From an uncultured Bacilli bacterium (GTDB lineage: Bacteria > Bacillota_I > Bacilli_A > RFN20 > CAG-449): a DNA stretch of 64,000 nt. The notes under the pieces are model-generated. The model ran no database searches. It saw only the letters and a program-made list of their open reading frames with translations, and had not been told where the DNA came from. Shown here in pieces: positions 19,959 through 30,583 of this stretch; position 1 is the stretch's first letter; the number at the start of each line of letters is the position of its first letter. A program made the translations under genes and the position numbers. Location of the stretch: NCBI GenBank assembly GCA_944332225.1, contig CALVJO010000004.1, forward strand, positions 1,414 to 65,413. The letters run 5' to 3'.

Positions 19959-20379
19959 TGAGATGATGATGAGAGAGATTATAATGGATCATTACTCTCA
20001 TCCAAGAAATAGAAGAGAAGGTGATGAAACATATAAGACTATTTATATGGATTCAGAATCTTGCGTCGATAAGATATATGTTCAAGCTAAGATTGAAAAT
20101 GATGTTTTAAAAGATGTTTGCTGGCATGGAGTTGGCTGCGCGATTTCAACAGCTTCAACTTCGATAATGACTGAGCTTTTAAAAAATAAAACTACAAAAG
20201 AAGCTGAATATATTATTGATAATTATTTTAAAATGATTAGAGAAGAACCATATGATTCAGAATGCTTAGATGAGGCGATTGTGTTTATGAATACTTCAAA
20301 GCAAGCAGGGAGAATCAAATGCGCGACTATTGGCTTTCGCGGGATGGATGAAATATTAAAGGGTGATAAAAATGGCTGA
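19942..20379 (+). CDS. sufU: Fe-S cluster scaffold SufU (IscU/NifU-like)
   Basis: ...[13 protein letters not shown]..., [10 protein letters not shown], ...GRIKCATIG (three conserved Cys). GGTGAGGA RBS 9 nt upstream of ATG 19942. Overlaps the sufS end. Confidence 0.85.
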   Translation: MPILFNEMMMREIIMDHYSHPRNRREGDETYKTIYMDSESCVDKIYVQAKIENDVLKDVCWHGVGCAISTASTSIMTELLKNKTTKEAEYIIDNYFKMIREEPYDSECLDEAIVFMNTSKQAGRIKCATIGFRGMDEILKGDKNG

Positions 20380-21751
20380 TGAATACAAATATGGATTTAA
20401 AAATGATGATGTCTCATTAGTGAAAACTGATGTTGGACTAAATGAGAAGATTGTAAGAGAAATATCATCTTTAAAGCATGAGCCTGAATGGATGCTTGAA
20501 TTTAGGCTTAAAGCTTTAGATTATTTTTTAAATGCACCCTTACCAAAGTTTGGTCCAGATCTATCTAATCTTGATTTTGATTCCTACACATATTTTATTA
20601 GATCTTCTGAAAAAGCTGAAAAATCTTGGGATGATGTTCCAAAACCTATCAAAGATACTTTTGAAAAACTTGGTATCCCGGAGGCTGAGCAAAAATATCT
20701 TGCTGGAGTCTCAACGCAGTATGAATCAGAAGTGGTTTATCATAATATGTTAAAAGAGGTAGAAGAAAAGGGAGTCATCTTTTTAGATACTGATACTGCC
20801 TTAAAGCTTTATCCTGATTTATTTAAAAAATACTTTAATACTGTTGTTGATTATAAAGATAATAAGTTTTCTGCCTTAAATTCAGCTGTTTGGTCAGGTG
20901 GCAGTTTTATCTATGTTCCTAAAGGAGTAAAGCTAGAAAAACCTCTACAATCTTACTTTAGAATCAATAACGAGAAGATGGGACAATTTGAGAGAACTTT
21001 AATCATCGTCGATGAAGGAGCAGATGTTCATTATGTGGAAGGATGCACCGCGCCTATATATTCTAGCGAATCTCTTCACGCCGCGGTTGTAGAAATCGTG
21101 GTTTTAAAAGGAGGTCACTGCCGTTATTCAACGATTCAAAACTGGTCTAATAACATCGTTAATTTAGTTACTAAAAGAGCTGTAGTTATGGAAAATGGCT
21201 TTATGGAATGGATTGATGGAAATATTGGATCGATGGTAAATATGAAATATCCTTGCTGCGTTTTAAAAGGAAGAGGAGCAAAGGGAGATTGTATCTCTAT
21301 CGCGGTCGCGGATAAAGATCAATTCCAGGATGCTGGAGCTAAGATGATTCATCTTGCAAGCGACACATCTTCGACTATCATCTCTAAATCAATCGTTAAA
21401 AATGGAGGAAAGGCTAATTATCGAGGCAAGGTATATATAGATTCTAAAGCCAGTAATTCTCATGCTCACGTAGAATGTGATACCTTGATTTTAGATGATA
21501 AATCTTCTTCAGATACCATACCTTCTAATATAACTGCAAATAACACCTCATTTTTAGAGCATGAGGCAACTGTATCAAAGATAAATGAAGATCAATTATT
21601 CTATTTAATGTCTCGAGGATTAAGCAAGCAAGAAGCGACTCAGATGATCGTGATGGGATTTATTGAACCATTTTCTAAGGAGCTTCCGATGGAATATGCT
21701 GTTGAATTAAATAGATTAATCAAGATGGATATGGAGGGAAGCATCGGATGA
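20363..21751 (+). CDS. sufB: Fe-S cluster assembly protein SufB
   Basis: 462 aa. ...[56 protein letters not shown]-terminus typical of SufB. Confidence 0.9.
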   Translation: MIKMADEYKYGFKNDDVSLVKTDVGLNEKIVREISSLKHEPEWMLEFRLKALDYFLNAPLPKFGPDLSNLDFDSYTYFIRSSEKAEKSWDDVPKPIKDTFEKLGIPEAEQKYLAGVSTQYESEVVYHNMLKEVEEKGVIFLDTDTALKLYPDLFKKYFNTVVDYKDNKFSALNSAVWSGGSFIYVPKGVKLEKPLQSYFRINNEKMGQFERTLIIVDEGADVHYVEGCTAPIYSSESLHAAVVEIVVLKGGHCRYSTIQNWSNNIVNLVTKRAVVMENGFMEWIDGNIGSMVNMKYPCCVLKGRGAKGDCISIAVADKDQFQDAGAKMIHLASDTSSTIISKSIVKNGGKANYRGKVYIDSKASNSHAHVECDTLILDDKSSSDTIPSNITANNTSFLEHEATVSKINEDQLFYLMSRGLSKQEATQMIVMGFIEPFSKELPMEYAVELNRLIKMDMEGSIG

Positions 21752-23616
21752 GATACGACTATGATATCATCGTAGTTGGAGGTGGACATGCTGGAATGGA
21801 AGCATCTTTTGCCTCCGCGCATCTAGGGCTTAACACCTTATTAATCACCCTTAATTTTAAAAAGATTTCTAATATGCCTTGCAATCCTTCTATTGGAGGG
21901 TCGGCAAAAGGCATCGTAGTTAGAGAAATCGACGCATTAGGTGGTATGATGGGTATTATGGCCGATGAAGGAGCTCTTCAAATAAAGCTTTTAAATACTG
22001 GTAAAGGACCAGGAGTTCAATGTTTAAGAGCCCAAGAGGATAAGATTAATTATCCTTTAATCGTCCAAAAACATGCTTTAAATACCAAGAATTTAACCAT
22101 TAAAGAAGGAATGGTCACTGATTTACTTCACGATGATAAAAAAGTTTTTGGGGTGAAGGTAGGGACTGAAGAAATCTATTCAAAAGCAGTTATATTAACA
22201 ACTGGAACCTATATGGAATCTCAAATCTTAGTTGGGCATACTTCAAAAGAAGCCGGACCTGATGGAGAAAAGGCATCTAAAGGATTATCTCCAAAATTAA
22301 AAGAGATGGGAATTAAAATCTTAAGATTAAAGACCGGAACTCCTCAAAGAATAGCTAGAGATAGTATCAACTTTGATGTTTTAGAGCCTCAATATGGGAT
22401 GGAAGGAGATTTAAATTTTTCTTTCGACCATGATAAAAAATGGACTATCGATGAGCAGGTTTTATGCCATTTAACTTACACGAATGAAAAAACTCATAAG
22501 ATTATTCGTGAACATTTGCATGATTCGGCTATGTATGGAGGAATGGTCACTGGAGTGGGTCCTCGTTACTGTCCATCAATTGAAGATAAGATTGTTAGAT
22601 TTGCTGATAAAGAAAGACATCAGCTATTTATCGAACCTGAATCTTTATATACTAATTCTATGTACCTTCAAGGATTCTCGACATCTATGCCTGAAGAAGT
22701 TCAAGAAAAGATGGTGCATTCCTTAAAAGGATTAGAGAACGCGAAGATATTAAAATATGCCTACGCTATTGAATATGATGCGATTTATCCAACTCAATTT
22801 GATCCGACATTAATGGTTAAAAAATATGAAAATCTTTACTGCGCGGGACAAATCTGCGGGACATCAGGATATGAAGAGGCTGCCGCGTTAGGGTTGATGG
22901 CAGGAATAAACGCTTCATTAAAAATTTTAAATAAAGAACCATTAATTTTAAAACGCGATGAAGCTTATATAGGTGTCATGATTGATGATTTAATCAATAA
23001 AGGCACTAAAGAACCTTATAGATTATTATCTTCTCGCGCGGAGTATAGATTATTATTAAGACATGATAACGCGGATTTAAGATTAAGAAAATATGGTTAT
23101 GATATTGGATTAGTCTCTCAAGAAAAATATGATAATTTTTTGTTAAAAAAAGAAAATATATTAAAAAATAAAGAGATTTTAGAAAAAACAATCTTATCAT
23201 CGAAAGGTGAAGTTGCTGATAGAATTAGAGCTTCGATAGATGCTGATTTTAAAGGTGGGATATCCTTAGCTTCATTATTGAAAAGACCTGGAGTTTACTA
23301 TAAAGATATAGAAAGCTTCACAGATAAATTATTACCATTAAATGATAATGGTAAGCAGCAATTAGAAGTCATGATTAAATATGAAGGTTATATTCAAAAA
23401 GAAATAAAGGAAGCTGAGAGAATGCGAAAGCTTGAGGAAATGAAGATTCCTCGAGGTATCGATTATCTTCATATGGATGGATTAGCCTTAGAAGCTAGAG
23501 AGAAATTCAACGAAATTGATCCTTTAACTATCGGTCAAGCATCAAGAATTTCTGGAGTTAACCCAAGCGATATCGCGACTTTATTACTTTATATTCGAAA
23601 GGATAAAAATGACTAA
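21748..23616 (+). CDS. mnmG: tRNA uridine 5-carboxymethylaminomethyl modification enzyme MnmG (GidA)
   Basis: [30 protein letters not shown]-binding N-terminus. 622 aa. ATGA overlap with sufB. Confidence 0.95.
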   Translation: MRYDYDIIVVGGGHAGMEASFASAHLGLNTLLITLNFKKISNMPCNPSIGGSAKGIVVREIDALGGMMGIMADEGALQIKLLNTGKGPGVQCLRAQEDKINYPLIVQKHALNTKNLTIKEGMVTDLLHDDKKVFGVKVGTEEIYSKAVILTTGTYMESQILVGHTSKEAGPDGEKASKGLSPKLKEMGIKILRLKTGTPQRIARDSINFDVLEPQYGMEGDLNFSFDHDKKWTIDEQVLCHLTYTNEKTHKIIREHLHDSAMYGGMVTGVGPRYCPSIEDKIVRFADKERHQLFIEPESLYTNSMYLQGFSTSMPEEVQEKMVHSLKGLENAKILKYAYAIEYDAIYPTQFDPTLMVKKYENLYCAGQICGTSGYEEAAALGLMAGINASLKILNKEPLILKRDEAYIGVMIDDLINKGTKEPYRLLSSRAEYRLLLRHDNADLRLRKYGYDIGLVSQEKYDNFLLKKENILKNKEILEKTILSSKGEVADRIRASIDADFKGGISLASLLKRPGVYYKDIESFTDKLLPLNDNGKQQLEVMIKYEGYIQKEIKEAERMRKLEEMKIPRGIDYLHMDGLALEAREKFNEIDPLTIGQASRISGVNPSDIATLLLYIRKDKND

Positions 23617-24319
23617 AGCTGAATTTTATCAATTTTTAGAAAATAGCAATCATCCTTTAACTGATCTCCAAAAGAACCAATTTGATGATTATTTTTACCT
23701 TTTAAATGAATATAATCAGGTGATGAATTTGACTTCAATAACTGAGGAAAATGAAGTTTTTGAAAAGCATTATCTAGATTGCTTGCTTTTCTCTTTTAAA
23801 GATGAGTTTATTTGTGAAAATAAAACTTTAGTAGATGTCGGTTCTGGCGCGGGATTTCCTGGAATTGTTTTAGCTATCGTTTATCCTAACCTTTCTATTT
23901 CTTTAGTTGAGCCAATCAAGAAAAGATGCAATTTTTTGAATGCTTTAAAAGAGAAGTTATCTTTAAATAATGTTGAGGTATTAAATACCCGTAGCGAAGA
24001 TTTAGTTTCTTCAAGAAGAAATTATTATGATTATGGTACATCTCGCGCGGTGGCAAGATTGAATATCTTATTAGAAATATCTATGCCACTTATAAAAAAG
24101 GGAGGTTACTTTATCGCTTTAAAAGGAGATAAAGGAAACGAAGAATTGGCTGAATCTAAAAAGGCTTTAACTGAGCTTTCCTGCAAGATAGATGAGGTGT
24201 ATCTAGACTATTTACCTACAAATAATGATACAAGAACGAATATATTCATCAAAAAAATTGATGATGGGAAAAATAAATATCCTAGACCATTTGCTAAAAT
24301 AAAAAAGGACCCTTTATAG
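23609..24319 (+). CDS. rsmG: 16S rRNA (guanine527-N7)-methyltransferase RsmG (GidB)
   Basis: SAM motif VDVGSGAGFPGIVLAI. Immediately downstream of mnmG (conserved gidA-gidB pair). Confidence 0.9.
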   Translation: MTKAEFYQFLENSNHPLTDLQKNQFDDYFYLLNEYNQVMNLTSITEENEVFEKHYLDCLLFSFKDEFICENKTLVDVGSGAGFPGIVLAIVYPNLSISLVEPIKKRCNFLNALKEKLSLNNVEVLNTRSEDLVSSRRNYYDYGTSRAVARLNILLEISMPLIKKGGYFIALKGDKGNEELAESKKALTELSCKIDEVYLDYLPTNNDTRTNIFIKKIDDGKNKYPRPFAKIKKDPL

Positions 24320-24970
24320 ATGGAATGGAAAGACTTTTTAAATAAAGAAAAAGAATTAGATTATTATAAAAGCTTGCATGAGAAAGTTATGGAGGAGTAT
24401 CAAAAATATACAGTTTATCCTCCGTATCATTTAATTTATAACGCTTTTAAATTGACTCCTTTTGATCAAGTTAAAGTGGTGATAGTTGGTCAAGATCCTT
24501 ACCATGAGTTTAATCAGGCTACCGGATTAGCTTTTTCCGTTAATAAAGGAGTAGCCTTGCCTCCTTCTTTACAAAATATCTATAAAGAATTAGAAAACGA
24601 ATATAATGTTAAGATTAATCAAGATGGTGATTTATCATATTTAGCTAAGCAAGGCGTATTGTTACTAAACAGAACTCTTACCGTAAGAGAGCATGAAGCA
24701 AATTCGCATCAATCATTTGGCTACGACACTTTATTAAACCATGTTATTGAAGCTTTAAATAAAGATGATAAACCTAAAGTTTTTATTCTATGGGGAAGTT
24801 TCGCGCGAAGTTTAAAATCTATGATTACCAATCCTAATCATTTGATTTTAGAATCTAGTCATCCTTCTCCTCTATCCGCATATCGAGGATTCTTTGGAAA
24901 TAACCATTTTATTAAAACTAACGAGTTTTTAAAATCTCATAATTTAGAAGAAATTCGCTGGATAAAATAG
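24320..24970 (+). CDS. ung: Uracil-DNA glycosylase
   Basis: VVIVGQDPYH water-activating motif. LLLNRTLTV. HPSPLSA motif. 216 aa. Confidence 0.9.
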   Translation: MEWKDFLNKEKELDYYKSLHEKVMEEYQKYTVYPPYHLIYNAFKLTPFDQVKVVIVGQDPYHEFNQATGLAFSVNKGVALPPSLQNIYKELENEYNVKINQDGDLSYLAKQGVLLLNRTLTVREHEANSHQSFGYDTLLNHVIEALNKDDKPKVFILWGSFARSLKSMITNPNHLILESSHPSPLSAYRGFFGNNHFIKTNEFLKSHNLEEIRWIK

Positions 24971-25042
24971 CGATTTTTTTAAATGCGGTTTATTGAAAAC
25001 GCTTACTTAAATAGATAAAATATTATCAATTGAGGTAACTAT

Positions 25043-25288
25043 ATGGAAATTTATGTGTGCGTTGGCTCATCTTGCCATTTAAAAGGATCCCATGACGTGG
25101 TAATAAGACTGCAAGAGCTCATTTCTGAGCATCATCTAATCAATAAAATTGAACTTAAAGCATCTTTTTGTCTTGGCTACTGCGCGGATGGGGTAGCGAT
25201 GAAAGTCGATGATGAATTTATTTTAAACGCGAATAGGGATAATATCGATGATATCTTTATTAATAAGATAATGCCGAAGTTAGGCTGA
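25043..25288 (+). CDS. Thioredoxin-like [2Fe-2S] ferredoxin (HfsA/NuoE-like small protein)
   Basis: Four-Cys pattern CVGSSCH...FCLGYC in 81 aa. Directly precedes the sensory hydrogenase gene (10-nt gap). Confidence 0.6.
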   Translation: MEIYVCVGSSCHLKGSHDVVIRLQELISEHHLINKIELKASFCLGYCADGVAMKVDDEFILNANRDNIDDIFINKIMPKLG

Positions 25289-25298
25289 GAGGATAATT

Positions 25299-26975
25299 AT
25301 GGAATTTTTAAAATTTGAGATTAATTCTTGTAAAGACTGTTATTCTTGTTTGAGAAATTGTCCGACTAAGGCTATTAAATTCGTTGATGATAAAGCTATC
25401 ATCGTTCAAGAAAACTGCGTTTTATGCGGCCATTGCGTCAATGTTTGCCCTCAAAACGCAAAAAGGGTGAAAGAGGATATCGATTCAGTAAAGGAACTAA
25501 TTAAAAAGTATCCTGATAAGGTTGCTTTAAGCGTAGCTCCTTCTTTTATCGCGAATTTTGATGTTAAATCGTTTAAAGCTTTTAAAGAAGCCTGCATGAA
25601 GCTTGGATTTGCCTATGTTGAAGAGACGGCTGTTGGAGCCTATTATGTCACAAGAGAGTATCATAAGATTATTACATCAGGAAAGTGTAACGGGCTTATT
25701 ACTACATGCTGTCCTGCCGCGGTTAAATATGTTTCTCAGCATTATCATGAAGCAGTTAAATATTTAGCTCCGGTAGTTTCTCCTATGGTAGCCCATGGTA
25801 AAATTATTAAACATGATTTAGGAGATGATGTTCACGTGGTTTTCGTTGGACCATGCATTGCTAAAAAGGAAGAAGCATACGAATCAGGTATCATTGACTA
25901 TGCCTTAACTTTTGAAGAGTTAGATAAGATGTTTAAAGAGAAAAATATTACTTTTTCAGATGAAGAAGAATATTCAGAAGAAGTAAACTTAGCTCGTTAT
26001 TATCCGATTACTAGAGGAATCATTAAATCATTTGTCGACGCGGATACTGATCCATTAGAAGCTTTGCCAATTGACGGAGTTGATGATATCAATGATATTC
26101 TTTCTGACGTCACAAATTTAGAAGGTGCTTTTGTTGAGATGAATATGTGTCGAGGGGGCTGCATCAATGGACCATGCACCTTATCAAAGAATTCATCTAA
26201 TAAAAATAACACCATAGTTAGAACCTATGTTAAAAAATTAAAAGGACCAGCTTTTAAAGAAAAGGATTATGATGATATTGATTTTTCTTATAAGTATAAG
26301 AAAATACCTAATCCATTAAAGAAGCCTAGCGAAGAAGAGATAAAGAAAATATTAGCTAGAATCTTTATCTATCGAAAAGAAGACGAAATAAACTGCGGCG
26401 CGTGCGGTTATTCTTCATGTAGAGAGAAGGCAATAGCTGTTTATAATGATTTAGCTGATCCTGAATTCTGCATGCCATATTTAAAGAATAAGGCTGAATC
26501 AATATCTAATGAGATTATTAGGCACACTCCTAATGCAATTGTCACGATTAATCGTGAAGGAGTGATAGTTGACGCGAATGAATCATTCTTTGATTATATG
26601 AGAACTGATAAACGCTGCGTCGGTCACTTCTATCAAGATTATGTTGCTTTGCCTGAACTTTTAGATGCTTTGCAAACTGGTCAAAACGTTAAATCAATCA
26701 AGGTTTATTTAGATCAATCTAATATGTTTTGCGATGTTTCTATAACTGTAGTTAAAGAGCATGGTTTAGCTTTTGCAATCTTTAAAGATCAAACTGAAGT
26801 AACTCTAAATGAAGAGAAGATGAAGGCTCTTAGAAAAGAGATGATTGATGTTACTGATTCAGTTATTAATAAGCAGATGGCCGCGGTTCAAGAGATTGCT
26901 TCTTTATTAGGTGAATCAACTGCTGAAGCTAAGGCAGCTTTAGTAAAATTTAAAAATTCATTAAAGGAAGATTGA
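25299..26975 (+). CDS. Sensory [FeFe]-hydrogenase-like protein (HydS/group C type) with N-terminal 2x[4Fe-4S], H-cluster domain, extra Cys4 motif and C-terminal PAS domain
   Basis: Ferredoxin motifs CKDCYSCLRNCP and CVLCGHCVNVCP. H-cluster motifs TTCCPAAV (L1), VGPCIAKKEE (L2), VEMNMCRGGCINGPC (L3). Further CGACGYSSC...C motif. PAS-like ...IIRHTPNAIVTINREGVIVDANESFFDYM. Confidence 0.75.
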   Translation: MEFLKFEINSCKDCYSCLRNCPTKAIKFVDDKAIIVQENCVLCGHCVNVCPQNAKRVKEDIDSVKELIKKYPDKVALSVAPSFIANFDVKSFKAFKEACMKLGFAYVEETAVGAYYVTREYHKIITSGKCNGLITTCCPAAVKYVSQHYHEAVKYLAPVVSPMVAHGKIIKHDLGDDVHVVFVGPCIAKKEEAYESGIIDYALTFEELDKMFKEKNITFSDEEEYSEEVNLARYYPITRGIIKSFVDADTDPLEALPIDGVDDINDILSDVTNLEGAFVEMNMCRGGCINGPCTLSKNSSNKNNTIVRTYVKKLKGPAFKEKDYDDIDFSYKYKKIPNPLKKPSEEEIKKILARIFIYRKEDEINCGACGYSSCREKAIAVYNDLADPEFCMPYLKNKAESISNEIIRHTPNAIVTINREGVIVDANESFFDYMRTDKRCVGHFYQDYVALPELLDALQTGQNVKSIKVYLDQSNMFCDVSITVVKEHGLAFAIFKDQTEVTLNEEKMKALRKEMIDVTDSVINKQMAAVQEIASLLGESTAEAKAALVKFKNSLKED

Positions 26976-26976
26976 G

Positions 26977-28137
26977 ATGAAGTTCTTTATTGATGATGGA
27001 TATGTATCTCTTAACCATGTCGGTGAAGAGTTATGCGGGGATAAAGTAGAAATAGTTAGAAAAGAAGACGCGACAACGATTGTTTTAGCGGATGGTTTAG
27101 GGTCTGGTGTTAAAGCTAATATTTTAGCAACTTTAACTTCTAAGCTATTATCTATCATGATTGCTTCAGATGCTGATATTGAAGAATGTATCGCCTCGGT
27201 TATCTCTACTTTACCGGTTTGTAAAGTGAGAAAAGTTGCTTATTCTACGTTTACAGTTATCCATGTTGATAACAATGGAAAAGGTTATATTTTTGAATTT
27301 GATAATCCTCCTTTGATTTATATAAGAGATGGTAAATTATTTAATTTGCAAAGAGAGAAGAAAGTGATCATCGATAAAACTGTCTATTGCTCAATCGTGG
27401 ATGCGAAGGTTGATGATTGTATCGTTTTTTGCTCAGATGGGGCTCCGCATGCTGGAATCGGAAAAACGATGAATCTTGGATGGTCAATAAATGATATAGC
27501 TTCATACATTCTTTCAAATTATTCAAACGAGATGTCAGCAAGACAAATTGCCGCGTTGGTTGGTGAAGCTTGTAATTCATTATATATGGGTGAGCCAGGA
27601 GATGACACGACGATTGCTGCTTTAAAATTTATGACACCTTTAGCGGTAAATATATTAGTCGGCCCTCCAATTGAAGAAAAAGATGATGATGAAGTTGTTA
27701 AACATTTCTTAGCTCAGGACGGCTTAAAAGTCGTCTGCGGGGGAACAACTTCTAAGATCGTGGCAAGATATTTAAAGGAAGATATCAAACCATCTTTAAC
27801 ATATTATTCTAAAGATGTTCCTCCGATCGCTATTATTAAAGGGATCGATTTAGTAACTGAAGGAGTTATCACTTTAGGAAAAGTCTTAGAGGTCACTGAA
27901 AAGTATTTAGATACTAAATCAGTTGAAGATAAATCATTAGATGAAAAAGACGGAGCAACATTGATTGCTAATCTAATTCTAAAACGCGCGTCAAATGTGA
28001 ATTTATTCGTCGGTACGACTCTTAATCCAGCTCATAAAGATTTACCGATTGATGTCTCAATGAAGATGAAAATTGTTGAATCTCTGAAAAAATCTTTAGA
28101 AAGCGCGGGAAAAATCGTAAGAATTGAATATCATTAA
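26977..28137 (+). CDS. PP2C-family (SpoIIE-like) serine phosphatase with uncharacterised C-terminal domain
   Basis: GDKVEIV...IVLADGLGSGVKANILATL (PP2C metal-binding motifs) in the N-terminal ~220 aa. C-terminal ~150 aa have no recognisable motif. Start lies 2 nt after the hydrogenase-like gene. Confidence 0.6.
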   Translation: MKFFIDDGYVSLNHVGEELCGDKVEIVRKEDATTIVLADGLGSGVKANILATLTSKLLSIMIASDADIEECIASVISTLPVCKVRKVAYSTFTVIHVDNNGKGYIFEFDNPPLIYIRDGKLFNLQREKKVIIDKTVYCSIVDAKVDDCIVFCSDGAPHAGIGKTMNLGWSINDIASYILSNYSNEMSARQIAALVGEACNSLYMGEPGDDTTIAALKFMTPLAVNILVGPPIEEKDDDEVVKHFLAQDGLKVVCGGTTSKIVARYLKEDIKPSLTYYSKDVPPIAIIKGIDLVTEGVITLGKVLEVTEKYLDTKSVEDKSLDEKDGATLIANLILKRASNVNLFVGTTLNPAHKDLPIDVSMKMKIVESLKKSLESAGKIVRIEYH

Positions 28138-28204
28138 CATTTTTTGTTAATAAAAAGGTAATTTTTATATAAAATATAAAAGATTGTAAAGAGAAGGAAG
28201 GTAT

Positions 28205-28672
28205 ATGAAATCGAACAAGGAACTTTTCAAGGAGCTAGGAGCTTTTATCAGCGAAAAAAATAATGATCCGTCTGAGCTCATCAGCATCCTCCATTTCGCT
28301 CAAGGTTTATTTGGTTATCTACCTATGAGCGTTCAAACCTTCATTGCTGAGAAATTAAAGATTAATGTTTCTCGGGTGTATGGAGTCGTAACATTTTATT
28401 CGTTTTTCACCATGGTTCCTAAAGGACAAAATGTCATTAACATTTGCTTAGGTACCGCGTGCTTTGTTAGAGGAGCAGGCGATCTATTAACCAAGGTTGA
28501 AGAGATCTTAAAAATTAAAAACGGTGAGACTACCCCAGATGGTAAGTTCACCTTAACTACCTTAAGATGCGTTGGAGCATGCGGATTAGCTCCGGTCATG
28601 CAAATCAACGATAAAACCTATGGCAATTTAAAACCAGAGGACATCGAAGGCATTTTGGCCGACTACTATTGA
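28205..28672 (+). CDS. hydC: [FeFe] hydrogenase NuoE-like [2Fe-2S] subunit (HydC/HndA)
   Basis: CLGTACFVRGAGDLL...LRCVGACGLAPVMQIND, the NuoE-family 2Fe-2S pattern. 155 aa. Confidence 0.85.
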   Translation: MKSNKELFKELGAFISEKNNDPSELISILHFAQGLFGYLPMSVQTFIAEKLKINVSRVYGVVTFYSFFTMVPKGQNVINICLGTACFVRGAGDLLTKVEEILKIKNGETTPDGKFTLTTLRCVGACGLAPVMQINDKTYGNLKPEDIEGILADYY

Positions 28673-28673
28673 G

Positions 28674-30575
28674 GTGAAAGATATGGAAAGAATTAAGTCT
28701 CGGGAAGAATTATTACAAAAATATAATGAGTATCAATCTCTTTTAGATTTAAGAAGAGAGGAAAGAGATGTCAGTGAAAAGTATCATATCTCTGTCTGCG
28801 GAGGAACTGGCTGCACCTCATCAAAATCTTTAGAGATAGTGGATGAATTAAAAAAATACGCGAAGGAATATCATGTTGAGGATAAAGTAGAAATCTCAAT
28901 ATCTGGTTGTTTTGGTTTTTGTGAAAGAGGACCAATCGTCAAAATATTCCCTGATCATACTTTTTATGTTAAGGTTAGCCCTTCTGATGCTGAAAAGATA
29001 ATTAAACAGCATATAGTCGAAGGAAAAGTTATCGATGAGTTGCTTTATAAAGATTCAAAAGGTAATAGAATCTCCAAGCAAGATGATATTAATTTTTATA
29101 AAAAACAACATCGTATCGCCTTAAGAAACTGCGGACTCATCAATCCAGAAATCATTGAAGAAACTATAGCGGTGAGAGGATATCAAGCTCTAGCTAAAGT
29201 TTTATTTGAGATGACTCCAGATGAAGTAATTCATGAAGTCTTAGATTCTGGGTTAAGAGGTAGAGGCGGCGCGGGATTCCCTACCGGACAAAAATGGAGA
29301 TTAGCTAAGGCTAGCGTCAGCGATAAAAAATACATTATTTGTAATGCTGATGAAGGTGATCCAGGAGCCTTCATGGATCGTTCTATTCTCGAAGGCGATC
29401 CTCATTCAGTCTTAGAATCTATGGCGATTGCCGGTTATGCAATTGGCTCAGATGAAGGAGAAATCTATATTAGAGCTGAGTATCCTTTAGCAGTTCATAG
29501 ATTACAAATCGCGATTAAAGAAGCGGAGGAAGCTGGACTTTTAGGAGGTAATATTTTAGGAACAAACTTCTCCTTCCATATCAATATTAAATATGGAGCG
29601 GGAGCATTCGTCTGCGGAGAAGAAACAGCTTTGATTCATTCAATTGAAGGAAGAAGAGGTGAACCAACCTTAAAACCTCCTTTCCCTGCAACATCAGGAT
29701 TATTTGGAAAACCAACCAATGTTAATAACGTTGAAACTTGGGCTAATATACCAGTCATCATCCTCGACGGAGGAAAGAAGTTTGCTGAGATTGGTACTGA
29801 AAAGAGTAAGGGAACAAAGGTTTTCGCTTTAGCGGGTAAAATTAATAATGTTGGTTTAGTCGAAGTTCCAATGGGAACAACTTTAAGAGAAATCATCTTC
29901 GATATCGGAGGCGGTATCAAGGGAAATAAAAAGTTTAAAGCAGTTCAAACTGGAGGTCCTTCAGGAGGATGCTTAACTGAAAAAGACTTAGATACACCTA
30001 TTGATTATGATAACTTAGTTCAAAAGGGTTCTATGATGGGATCAGGAGGAATGATCGTCTTAGATGAGGATGATTGCATGGTTAATATAGCTAAATTCTA
30101 TCTTGAATTCACCGTTGAAGAATCCTGCGGAAAATGCACGCCTTGTCGAATTGGAAATAAGAGAATGCTTGAAATTCTAAATAAGATCTGCGATGGAAAC
30201 GGAACGGAACAAGATTTAGAAGACTTAAAAGAATTAGCTCACGTGATTAAAGATTGTTCTCTCTGCGCGTTAGGTCAATCCGCGCCAAATCCTGTATTAT
30301 CGACAATGGAAGGATTCATGGATGAATATATAGCTCACGTTAGAGATAAGAAGTGTCCAGCAGGAACCTGTAAGAACTTAGTAAGCTATGAAATCGTTGA
30401 ATCTAAGTGTATCGGCTGCGGCTTATGCGCGAGAAATTGCCCGGTTACTTGTATCGTTAAAACCGATCACCCGGCAAAAAACCCAAGATTATTTGCTTAT
30501 CATATCAATCAAGAAGCATGTATTAAATGTGGCACCTGCTTTACCAAGTGTCCGGCTAAAGCCATTACTAAATAG
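28674..30575 (+). CDS. hydB: [FeFe] hydrogenase NuoF-like NAD(P)H/FMN-binding subunit (HydB/HndC) with N-terminal 2Fe-2S and C-terminal 2x[4Fe-4S]
   Basis: GRGGAGFPTGQKW (FMN site). GEETALIHSIEG. NuoF 4Fe-4S ESCGKCTPCR. C-terminal CIGCGLCARNCP and CIKCGTCFTKCP. Confidence 0.9.
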   Translation: MKDMERIKSREELLQKYNEYQSLLDLRREERDVSEKYHISVCGGTGCTSSKSLEIVDELKKYAKEYHVEDKVEISISGCFGFCERGPIVKIFPDHTFYVKVSPSDAEKIIKQHIVEGKVIDELLYKDSKGNRISKQDDINFYKKQHRIALRNCGLINPEIIEETIAVRGYQALAKVLFEMTPDEVIHEVLDSGLRGRGGAGFPTGQKWRLAKASVSDKKYIICNADEGDPGAFMDRSILEGDPHSVLESMAIAGYAIGSDEGEIYIRAEYPLAVHRLQIAIKEAEEAGLLGGNILGTNFSFHINIKYGAGAFVCGEETALIHSIEGRRGEPTLKPPFPATSGLFGKPTNVNNVETWANIPVIILDGGKKFAEIGTEKSKGTKVFALAGKINNVGLVEVPMGTTLREIIFDIGGGIKGNKKFKAVQTGGPSGGCLTEKDLDTPIDYDNLVQKGSMMGSGGMIVLDEDDCMVNIAKFYLEFTVEESCGKCTPCRIGNKRMLEILNKICDGNGTEQDLEDLKELAHVIKDCSLCALGQSAPNPVLSTMEGFMDEYIAHVRDKKCPAGTCKNLVSYEIVESKCIGCGLCARNCPVTCIVKTDHPAKNPRLFAYHINQEACIKCGTCFTKCPAKAITK

Positions 30576-30583
30576 GAGGAGTT

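Noticed and set aside
20532-23200. Short ORFs 20532-20753, 21640-21822, 22484-22726, 23006-23200
   Set aside because: Inside sufB/mnmG in shifted or antisense frames. No independent signals.
25014-25042. 17-nt identical string ATATTATCAATTGAGGT immediately upstream of both the ferredoxin gene (25043) and ligA (38173)
   Set aside because: It comprises a -10-like A/T hexamer plus the GAGGT Shine-Dalgarno. Low-complexity AT-rich context makes a chance 17-mer match plausible in 64 kb. There is no further shared flanking sequence, so it is not called a repeat element or common regulator site.
24971-25042. Rex operator (TTGTGAA-N4-TTCACAA) in front of the hydrogenase cluster
   Set aside because: No match to the Rex consensus was found in this interval or in the internal spacer at 28138-28204.
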